Shown in pieces: positions 53,448 through 64,000 of a stretch of DNA of 64,000 nt. The first letter of the stretch is position 1; the number at the start of each line of letters is the position of its first letter. The notes below the pieces were generated by a model. That model worked only from the letters and a program-made list of their open reading frames with translations, was not told the DNA's origin and ran no database searches. The stretch is from Cycas panzhihuaensis (lineage: Eukaryota > Plantae > Cycadophyta), in assembly GCA_023213395.1 (NCBI GenBank), contig CM041465.1, positions 171,933,741-171,997,740 on the forward strand, read 5' to 3'. The position numbers and the translations under genes are program-made.

Positions 53448-55050
53448 TATCAAAAAATGGGTTCCAAAGATTACCTTTGAAATCATAATGTAGATATAAA
53501 TATAAAGTATGTTACAAGTATGAAGCATTAATGATAAAATAATAAATGAATATATGAAAGATAATGTATGGATAATACAAAATACAATAAAGATGTAGGA
53601 AAATGATCACCTTCCAATTATTGCATCAAGTATGAATACATACTTATAGTACATATGACCTCATGCTTGACCAATTGGATGAAATCACCCTTATATCCAC
53701 CAATAGGACATTTACATGAATACATGTATACTTCATGCACACATCTTAATAACTCAATATAAAATACATATTAGAGAGTTAATAAAAAGAGACACTAAAC
53801 TTTAACTCACATTAAATATTATGTTTTAATACTCTCCCATAATGTTTAATGCCATATATATATATAATGTAGAAATCTACTAGAACAAATAAAGATTAAC
53901 TCCATATTGTACTAGTTATATTTGTAAACTATTAACTAAATTTGTTGAAGTTTGTATAAAGAAAGGTCCATCTACTAAAATGCATAAGTAACCAACCATT
54001 ACAACATCTAGTTAAATAAGAACCTCCTTTAGATATATTTTTTAATCAACATCAATCAACTTCATTTTGGGACCAAGTCTGTTAAGCAAATAAGTTGAGA
54101 ACCAAAGCAGCTTCATTCTTATTTGATGCAACTAATTTATGGTTTCTTCAAAGATAAGAGTAAGATACGCTTTAAATCCTATCTAGTTCTTCAAGGATAC
54201 AAGTGAATATCACTTGGAGTTTCAACTTTACAAGCTTACTAATAACCAAATATGCTTTTATAAAGTATCTTTTACTAACAAACAATAATATAGCTACTAA
54301 CAAAAAAATACTAGATGTGATTTATAAGTAAGAATGCTTATAAGTAAAATGGGGGTTTTTAAGAGCCTTCAAGCTATTATAAATAAGAAATTTTTGATTA
54401 AATTTAAACCAAATATGTCTTTTCTTTAACCATATTATAAAAATAATATTTGTATTAAAAATTATGACTCTTTTAAGGAGGGTTTACCCTAGGCTTTTCG
54501 GATTTAAAAAGTACCCTCTAATAAAATGTTCATCAGTTTTTAAAATGTTCAATAGAAACCTAGCTCAAATCTTGATTGACAGGATCTTCTCCTTACCATA
54601 GCAACTTGGATTTAACCCTACCCTGATACTATATGACAATATATACCATAATTGCTCTAATACTATGTCAAAAAATAAGATCCAAAGATTACCTTTAAAA
54701 TCATAATGTAAATATGAATATAAAGTATGTTACAAATATGAGGCATTAATGATAAGATAATAAATGAATATATGAAAGATGAAGTATGTATGATACAAAA
54801 TACAATAAAGATATAAGAAAACAATCACCTTCTAATTATTGCATTACACATGAACACATGCTTTATAGTATGTATGACTTCATACTTGACTAATTAGATA
54901 AAAGAACCCTTATGTCTACCAATAGGATATTTATATAAATAGGTGTGCACCTTATGCATATGTCTTAATAACTTAATATAAAATACCTATGAGAGTGTTA
55001 ATTAAAAGGGGACACTAAACCTTAACCATATTAAACATTATATTTTAACA
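53448..55050 (-). mobile_element. TRIM-like non-autonomous element (1.6 kb) in Tat integrase
   Basis: TSD CAAAT (53443-53447, 55051-55055). LTRs 53448-53831 and 54666-55050. PBS TAGTATTAGAGC 54654-54665, PPT ATGGGAGAG. The INT frame rejoins (FTSNKKNKFCQAYG). Confidence 0.92.
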
Positions 55051-57021
55051 CAAATTTTGTCAAGCTTATGGAATATGTTTAAATACCTCTTCAAACTATT
55101 ATCCCCAAGGGAATAATCTTACAGAGTCTACAAATAAGAATCTTATTAGAATTTTAAAGAGAATGATTAATCAAAGCTAGAAATATTAGCATTCTAAGTT
55201 GCAACTAGATCTATAGACTAATTGAACTACTATAAAGAAAACTTTGGGTTACCCACCTTTCCTTTTAGTTTGTGGGAAGGAGGCCATAATTCTTTCTCAT
55301 CTTCTATTTAATATATTAGTTTTAATATGGTAAAAAAAATCTTTAATAGTAAACATGCATGGAATAAGATCTTTAATGATGGTGATTAAGTACTAATATG
55401 AGACAAAGCTAAGGAAAGGCTTGGCACTCATAAGAAGTTTGACTCAATATGGTCTAGACCATTTGTTATAATGAGAGTATTTTGGAATAATATATACAAA
55501 GTAAAGGATTCTCAAGGGCAGGAAATACCTATTCTAGTTAATAAAAGATACCTAAAGTTTTACTATCATGGAATCTAGGACCCAAAGATATTACTAAATT
55601 TTATACATAATGTATATGTTGTATTTATTTCCATTGGGTTTAAGTTTAGTTTATTTTTATACCCTTTTCTTTAAGTAAGAGCCACTGAAATGAGGATCTA
55701 GTTTTGATCTATCATAGGGATTTCTCAAAAGTGATGAGGCCTATGTTACCCTCTGATGTTGTAATAGTTATTTTTTTTTTTTATATTTTTAGGAAAGGAC
55801 CCAGAAGAAAGCTATGCATTTTTATTTTTACTATACAATAGAAAATCATGTCAATGCTAAAGATGCTCTTATGCAATGGAGAAATTATTCCCAAGTGTTT
55901 GTGGTCATATTTTGCCTTAGTGGGATATCAACCTATTAAAATATTTCAAATATAGAAAAACCCATGAAGAAATGAGCACTTTGATGAGAAGCCATAATGT
56001 GAAGGATTCTAAGGAATGTTTCCTATAGAGTGTTCTCCTATAAGAGGAGATTAAAATATTTCATAATTAGAAAAACTATATACTAAGCAGGAAGACTTGA
56101 AGCTAGAAGTCCTAAAGTAAGGAGCTTTCAAGTAAGAAAGAGATAAGCAAGAGAGAAAGGAAGAAATAATTTATCTTCTTATTATTTCTATTCTTATAGT
56201 TTTAGTCCCCACATATAACCCATTTTTATTCCAAAGATGATTTTTGAATTATCATATAAGAAGGTGTCAGGAAAGAAAATAACTTGCAAGAAGACCCAAC
56301 TGAAATGATTAAATGGTGGGTCCCACTTTTCTTACCAACTTTTGTTCCCATAATGACTTTCCTATGAGATAAATCTTAAAATAAGAATGAGATATAAAGA
56401 AAAGAGTATCAAGTGAGAAGTCCTAAAGTGAGAAATCACCAAGTGGGAACCCTTAAGATGGGAAAGAGAATAGAAAGTAACAAGCCCATAGAATGATTTC
56501 CCACAAAGTTGCTTAGATTTAAAGATACCATTAAAATAAAAAATGTCATCAAGTAGGAGGAAATGACATGGGGAAAACCATTGAATGGCAAAGACCATTC
56601 CCACAACTGACTTCTCTATAAGGAGACCTCTCCATTGAGCTCTGTTCCCCAAATAAAAAATGATCATCAAGTAGGAAAGAGGTTCATGGGAGAAGAAAGC
56701 TTTATATGTTGCTAAAATTTAATGGGCATTCTTGGATTATACATAGTTATTAATTATTACACATGTTGGGATTAATGTTGAGTATGAATAAGATATACTT
56801 ATGCCCTAATAATATTTTTTCCTTCTCATTTAACATACAATAAACAAAGTTCATCAAGAATTTACTACAAAGTAGAGGTAGAGTCTTATTGATATTTTAG
56901 GAGTAAATTTTAGGTTGGTGACTCATCTTCCTCATTCTTCCTTTGTACACAAAAAATTAGTCAAATTCCCAAGTGCATATAGTTTTCTTTCCTTTATATT
57001 TCAATAAATAAAGGAGGTAAG

Positions 57022-60000
57022 ATGATGACCATTAAGGATATAAAGGTAACACTTCTATGATTAAATTCTCAACTATGCCTAGACTACAAAAATAAAGAGG
57101 ATACTATGTGGTGCTATGGTTTATTAAAGATCACCCTAATCCTTAAGATATTCCCATGCCCAAAATTAATAGGGAAATTATTATTATGTGCAGACTAGGA
57201 AGCAAGAGTAATATTAAGAGTTGATAATCAAATAATCACATCTTTGCCTACTAAACACTTTAGTGAAATCTTTAAACTCCCCAAGCCAAATGTAGCTTAT
57301 GATATAATAAAGCTATAGAAAATATTAACAAATAATAAATAAATCACCAAGGAAATAGGAGATTGGCAAATGGATAAGCCTAAAAAGGTAATGAATAGGG
57401 GAACCTAAAAGGCAAATTTATTCAAAGAACATATAAAATTATAGAATTTACTTTTGTTAGGAGCTTTAAATTTTAGCAATGATATATAAATGCACCTAAC
57501 ACAAGCCTTCATTATCTCCAAATGTTTGAAGGAAGATTTTTAACTAGACTAGGTAGATATTTTGAGCTAAACCATCTTGGAACAACTCTATGGCTTATAC
57601 TAAGGTACCAAATTCTACATGGCTTCTTATTTGATTTGCACCATATTAGGAACTATGGATTTTCTAACTTTCTTACCCAAGCCCAAGATGAACAACACCC
57701 CAATCTAGTTCTAGTATGCAAAGGCTTAGGAACCTAAAATGCCTTTTCATCCTTACTCTTAGGTCAAGAATTATTATGTAGAGGTTATTATCAACCTATG
57801 ATCCCTCATCAAAATAGATGAAGACATAAAACTTTGGTTGTAAGGGTAGCATGGAATTGCATATGGCGACTTCTACCTTTCTAAGAATTACACTATAATC
57901 TAGTTATATGGATTTATGGGATAAACCTTTTATGTACTATTATACTCTCTCCCCTCTCCCCTCCTCCCCCTCTTCACTTATTTCACTTTTGTATCTTGTT
58001 ACCAAAAAAACCCATTTATAGTCTAAAGATTTAACTATTGGATATTGGATTATTAGTATTTAATCCAAAATTAACCTAGAGGGGAAATAATTAGAAGTTA
58101 GCAATTTAAAGAAAATACCCCTGAGATATTATGACCTTACTGGACCTATGATAAATTATATAAAAATAATCAAGATGACACTTAGAGTGTATAAACCTAA
58201 TGATTTTGAGGTTTTTTGAAAGTAAGGTGACAAGGGTAAGGGGTGTTTAAATCATCCTATGTTTTATCAAAACATAGAGTCAACCACCCAAGAAGTAGGT
58301 AAAAGAGTTAAAAAAAAAAAAGGTTCTTGAGGAGTTAAGAGATAAAGAGAAGAAGAAGAAAAAAAAAAAAATCTTACTACCATCATCGGTGTCACCTTTG
58401 CCCATCACTACATAGTCAACTTTACAAAATCCTACAATGAAGAAGATAAAAACCATAATAGCCATTATGATGAAGGAGACTTAAGTAATCATTATTCATA
58501 CTACAAAACCCAATGGGATACATCCTAAGACACTACTTTATTTTATCTTTAATATACCTATAACTACACCTATACCATATGGACTAGACTTTATAGTAGT
58601 ATAAGGAGGTATGAAAGAGGTAGAAATCACAAAAGTAGATATGGGATAAATATTCAAAATACAAGTATAAGATATTGATAAAGCTCCAATTTTAGTTGAT
58701 CTTATTGAGGAGGGAGTGACGACATAGACTAAAATTCAACTCACTAACAAGGAGATAATACAGGCCCTAGAGATGGCCTTACTCCCCCAATGATAGCTCC
58801 ATATGGAAATAACTATTGAAAATATAGTAAAAGATATAAGCCTAGAAGGAGGAGAAGCTACTAGTAAGTTATGATAAATACTAAAAGAGATAGAATATTC
58901 CATAAAAGATATAGATATACTTGTCATGGATGAGGTAGGAATCCATGATAATCATATCAAAGGGCTAATAACCTAAGATCTATATTTTAAATACCTACCA
59001 TAATCCCTAAAGTTTGTTATGCAAGAAATTAATCCTTAGCTCAAGATAGGTTAGAGGGTATGATAAAACACTTTCAATAAACTAAGAAAGAGAGAAATAA
59101 AAATAAATCCCTAAATAATAAAATAAATTAAGAACAGAAGATAAGATTTCATTCCTAAGTCATCCATAACTTTTAACAAAGAGGCTAAGGTTCTATCACT
59201 ATGATAAAAAAGAGAGAAGCATGAAAATGATAGTGGTGAAAAGAAAAAAAGATGACTAAATCCTCTATTTGGTCTACTTATAGTGATACCACACTTGTAT
59301 ATATGGATCTACACATGGCCATTGGGTAAGTGATGAAAGATAAAGTGTTGAGATTTCAAATTTATAAGAATTTTGAATATCACTCTTATACCATATTAGA
59401 ATGTACTCACAATATAATGGAAGTATATCAATGAAGTATAATAAATTATTCATATCATGAGAATTATTTACACAATTAATATAATATAAAATAAATATAT
59501 AAAGTAATATCATGAACATAAAGAAATAAAGAGAACTAAGCATCACCGCAAGAAATAATAGATTTATATATGGAAAACCCAATATAGGAAAAACCATGGG
59601 GAAAGGTTAGGGTTAAAAGCTCCTCTTATATATTCTAGCACCCCACCCCCCCCCCCTACATGTTTAATGTCTTTAAATCTTTAATCTTTAAGTCTTCAAC
59701 CTTGCCCTTTACTTTTTTTGTATTTAGATGATACACATACATGTTTCATGAATATGTACATAACATGATTAAATAAATGTCCATATTAAGTAGTAAATAA
59801 CATACCTATTAATTTATAACTTTTAATATTTATATATGGCTATATGTCATCTTCTTCATGCCCTAAAATCTTGGTCACAAATCACTGGCATACTTAACTT
59901 TTAGCTTATCAAAACGCTCCTTAAATTGGTTTCTATATTAGTTTATATTGACTCTATACTGGCTTCTAAACTAACTCATATAGGTTTTAATCTACTTTAT

Positions 60001-61456
60001 AAAATATTTCATAACATAGCTAACAACTAAGCTGTCATCATTTTTCTAATACCATGTAAGAATTTAGAATTTCACTTTGAGACCTTATTAGACTATACTT
60101 AAAATATAATAAAAGTATATCAATGAAATATAATAAATTAATTATACTATAAGGATTATGTACATAATTCATGTAATATAAAGTAAACATATAAAGTAAT
60201 ATCTTGAACATAAAGTAATAAGAATCACCATAAGAGACAACAAATTTATATGTAGAAAACCTAGTGTAGCAAAAACCATAAGAAAAGGTTAAAGTTAGGA
60301 TCTCTTATTTATGATATCAAATGAATTATGTCTCTAAGTTAATCTTTCTTTCTCAAGTTCTCAAGTGTTAGGTATATATATTTATAGATATATCATCTCA
60401 TTAATAACCTATAATATTTCTTAAACCTTTCCATCATCTAATAAGATGTGTATATGAATATATGTACACATCACACTTATTAATGCTTTTATTGAGTGAA
60501 ATTTTATGTGGATCTATAACCTTACGTTAAACATTAGATATGTGAAAGTATCACATATTCCAACTATAATAAGTGATGAAGGAAAATGCCCTAATTTAAG
60601 AAGAGAATTCGACACTAAATTAAAGATTAGACCAAATGAAAAATACCTAACAAAATATTATGAAGGATATAACTTAAGATCAAATAGACCTTAAGACTAA
60701 TGATTGGGTCAATAGAATAAAAACAACCTAAAAATCATTTAGATTAAATACAATATATATAGAAATAATTTTTAGAGAGGTTCATAGAACTTCTTCTAGA
60801 GAGTTATATACTTGCATAATAAAATTCAAAGTCTAAATACTATAGTAGTTAAACTTTAGAATACCTATGCTATGGAGTTACAATCTAAAGATATATTCAT
60901 TAAATTTCAAAAGGAAGTAACCTCAAGAACAACCTAGAATAAATAAAAGCATACCAATTTTACTCTAAACTAGTAACATATGCTAGAGTTGGGAATAGAT
61001 AATTATAAGAAAATCACTCTCATACTAGAGGGTCTTGAAAGGATTTTAAATGATATTTGAACAAAATTCTTTTCTTTAATTTATTTTATTAACATCTCTA
61101 CATTAAACCAGGGATTCACAATGGAGAATCATGAGTTTGACAAGTTGGAAGCTAAAGAAATAGATAGAAGAAGATAATAGTTGGATCCAATAATGATAAA
61201 GGAAGACTAATAATGGAATATGGTATTATAATACTAGAGTAAACATCAGATTTCACTTAAGAATCTAATAGATTTTCAAGATTATAAATTAGAAGAAAGT
61301 AGAGAAAAGATGTGTAGAGAAGAGGGACATCTAAATCTTACAAAGCCTCAAATTCTACAAGCCATGCACTCCCAGATCAAAACTAATACTTATTAAACCT
61401 CTTCAATTGCCAAAAAAAAAAATTAAACACCATCATTATAAGATGTTGGTGGCTAG
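57022..61456 (+). pseudogene. LTR-embedded extra ORF, 3' LTR copy (interrupted at 59363-~60555)
   Basis: One frame for ~300 codons: MMTIKDIKVTL..FPCPKLI..FSEIFKLPKP..D*VDILS*TILEQL..FYMASYLI..GDFYLSKNYTII*LYGF. Confidence 0.78.
59363..60555 (-). mobile_element. TRIM-like element with two diverged LTR-like halves (~59363-59848, 60055-~60555)
   Basis: Absent from the 5' Tat LTR. Internal direct repeat, PBS remnant TGGTATTAGA at 60045-60054. The TSD is not clean. Confidence 0.6.
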
Positions 61457-62596
61457 TTGTTACTTCTATTATCCTAGCTAATTTTGTGTAACAATTTCTC
61501 CAAAGTTAAGGATCCTAATAATTACTACACTTCCTACATAAGGGATAAAATTATCTCCTATATACTAAGTGAAGGAATACCAACACTCGGGGATTTATAA
61601 AAAGACACTAATCAACAAATGAAGGCATCATGATCTTAGGAGAGAGAAAAAAGAGAAGGAATTCCTTTCATTATCTTTTTTTCTTTAATAAGGACTTTTC
61701 AATACAAGCCTATTTTCTTTAATAAATCTCTTGTATTCTAAAAGCAAAATTGTTAGAGAAAGAGGTAAGATTTTAAGAAGGGTTCATTGAATATGCAAGG
61801 ATTAAAGATTGTAGACCATTTTTCTTTTGAAGGCCAAAACACTTTGGTAATCATATTACTATAAAAGTGTTTGGTTCTATATTATAAGATTATAAATTTA
61901 ATACTAAATAAAATACATTTTAGAGAACTTATAACACTTGACGTGTTCTTTTCTTATACCCCTTTCTATTTAATTAGCATACGAATTTCATGTAGTTAAA
62001 TTGTTATTCTTTTGTGTAGAGTTTTCCTGAGGAAATCAATTTTACAATGAAGGAATGAGATGGATGTCCCTTATATCCTTAGATTTTAATAGCTTCTGCA
62101 CTTTCAAGTGATTACTCTTTTTTTATTATTTGGAATAATTTTCATTAGGTGAGTATAAAGTGCATATTAAGGCTTTCTGGATATACATTATCCTTGCCAT
62201 GGATGTTATATCATTTCAAAGATAAGTGGGTTTATATTAGTCTTATACTTTTTCCTTATTGATGGTTTTGGGAACATTATTGAAAAGTATTAATTGATAG
62301 TGGTGTATTTCTTTAATACCCAAACTTTGTCGATAGATCTATGCCTTAGAGTCTTTAGCCCAAGTAGAGCTAGATGCAGATCTTGGGAAAAGAACTTTAT
62401 AAACCACCTTTAAAGTTTAATATCTCCACCTAATAATTCTTAAAAGGATTCATAAAATCTAATAGTGGGTTCAATCTATCTGCATTTTCTTGTAAGCGTC
62501 GTTGTGTTGTATCCCCTCAAATGCTTTAGATATTGAAGTATTACTAATAGGGATACCAAACCATCATAGTAAGCACTTCAAATAGGTAATACAATG

Positions 62597-63700
62597 TAAG
62601 GGTGTTCATGCCAAAATGTAATATCTATTAAACACATACATTGTAGAGCATATAAATCCTATGGCTCCTATAACTATTGCCTTTCCCATAATAAAAGAGG
62701 GAGTAAATCCTACTATATTTTGTGATAGGCTTACTTAACTCTAAGGGAGAGAATACCATATTCATTATAGTTAATTACCTTTTTTAGTACATTTACTTTA
62801 TCCTATTGTAATCAAATTATAATACCCCTCAAGTGGATGAACTCTTCATGAAGAATATCCATAAATTACATAGCTTCCCTAAGAAGATTATCTCTAATAG
62901 GTATCTAAAGTTTACTAGCAACTTCCAAGAGGAGATTTTCACATTTGTATGAACTAGTGTTGCTATAAGTATAGCCTACCATCCCCAAATATATGGCCAA
63001 ATCACAATAATTAATAAATGCTTAGAGATATACCAATGATGTTGCATGGGAGATAATTAGCTTAAATGGGTAAAACACATCCATCTTGCCAAGTATTGGT
63101 ATAATATGAGTTATCATTTAATAATCAAAATGGCCCCTTTTGTAACTTCATATAAATATCAACTATTAGAGGCAATCAACTATATGTAGGTATTTTAATG
63201 AGTACTAATAATATAGGAGTTAATCTAATAAATATATCAAATACTTAGAGAGCTAATGAATATTCTTAATATCACAAGAAATTAGCTAATCTAAGAGAGG
63301 ATTTGATGTGGGTAATTAGGTACATGTGCATTTATAATCATATAAGTAAGTATCGTAAGACAACAAGGAAAGTTAAAGCTCATGCTACATTTTTATTATC
63401 CATTCCAAATAAAGAGAAGAGTAGGCAAGCTAGTATATATACTAGACTTTTCTCCCTATAATTGAATCAATGATGTCTTCCATGTCTTAAGTGTCAAAAA
63501 GAAGGTGACTCCAATATTAGTCCTCTAAAAGATTTTCTTATCATTAATAATAAGAGGAAGTTCACTTATGAACCACAAGGGATATTAGAAACATGATAGA
63601 AGGAGTTATAGTCTTATTTAATAACTGAGTATTTAATTAGATGGAAGGGCTTACTGTTAGAAGATGTGATATAGGAGCATCAAACATTCATCACCTCCAT
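62597..63700 (+). pseudogene. Host chromovirus pol segment 3: integrase core and chromodomain
   Basis: IAYHPQIYGQ (~62970) and YEPQGIL..EYLIRWKGLLLEDVI*E (chromodomain, ~63568-63680). Confidence 0.88.
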
Positions 63701-63755
63701 ATTGAGTTTTGTGGGTAAAGATCTTCTTTTAATGGGGATGGAAATAAGGAGGGCA

Positions 63756-64000
63756 TGCTATAGACCTACAATATTATAACTACCTACATGCAAAAAATAG
63801 GATTAAATTTAATATTTATAAGGTCTTTGACAAAACAATGGTCCTTAGTTTATATATTATTAGCATTCAGATAACTCTACATCCTTATTATGGTAGTTAG
63901 GATTCTATGTGTTTTGACTATTTTTTTTATTAAATTGTTTATTTTACATCTAATATGTATGTAGCCTACCATAACAAACTACTTAACACTTAGAAATAGA
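63756..64000 (+). repeat. Probable start of host chromovirus 3' LTR
   Basis: TGCTATAGACC directly after the purine tract GGAAATAAGGAGGG. No partner LTR is in the window. Confidence 0.6.

Larger units (their letters stand above)
48008..55570 (+). pseudogene. Tat gag-pol: gag, PR, additional RNase H (aRH), RT, RNase H, INT
   Basis: IPKFYGD..LYSLKGRASD* (gag); VDIGSSYNV (PR, ~50073); YVDG..GVGV..TNN..N QVADSL (aRH, ~50570-50905); DVFAWTYDDLKG and YLDDII (RT, ~51385-51950); YYPQGN (INT, ~55097). Confidence 0.9.
32474..62591 (+). mobile_element. Full-length decayed Tat-lineage Ty3/gypsy element with ~5.7-kb LTRs
   Basis: TSD CAATG (32469-32473, 62592-62596). The host INT frame rejoins as IKGNVRVFMPKC. 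LTRs 32474-47728 and 55744-62591 are colinear, with termini TGTTACC..GGTAATA. PBS TGGTGACTATAGTAGGGA 47738-47755 (decayed tRNA-Arg-type TGGCGACT..GGGGA). Confidence 0.92.
55744..62591 (+). repeat. 3' LTR of Tat element (native ~5.65 kb)
   Basis: Starts TGTTACC after purine-rich AAAAGTGATGAGG and ends GGTAATA before the TSD. Confidence 0.9.

Noticed and set aside
978-60694. Short 60-107 aa ORFs of the ORF track outside the copia and Tat pol frames
   Set aside because: They have low-complexity I/L/F/Y composition expected from AT-rich DNA, and most are antisense or off-frame to recognisable retroelement frames or lie in LTRs.
55744-62591. Segmental duplication or captured host gene as the explanation of the long repeat
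   Set aside because: The repeat has inverted termini, an adjacent PPT and PBS and a TSD, so it is an LTR. The ORF shows no introns or recognisable host domain that I can identify.

Overview
AT-rich (about 30% GC by eye), CpG-depleted plant heterochromatin made almost entirely of nested, decayed LTR retrotransposons. I see no intact cellular gene or RNA gene. The outer host is a + strand chromovirus (Ty3/gypsy) pol, now split into 2560-2708, 31392-32473 and 62597-63755. Two large elements are inserted in it. (A) A - strand chromovirus (2709-31386, TSD CTATT) carries a non-autonomous LTR element, three solo LTRs and two full-length Ty1/copia copies. (B) A + strand Tat-type gypsy (32474-62591, TSD CAATG) has the domain order PR-aRH-RT-RH-INT and native LTRs of about 5.7 kb. 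Most insertions are bounded by readable 5-bp target-site duplications (TSDs), giving five nesting levels. The most unusual feature is a ~3.3 kb (~1090 codon) decayed sense-strand ORF lying entirely inside both LTRs of the Tat element, upstream of the apparent TATA box, like a U3-encoded accessory gene. The domain order and mutation spectrum suggest a gymnosperm genome with heavy cytosine deamination (inference).
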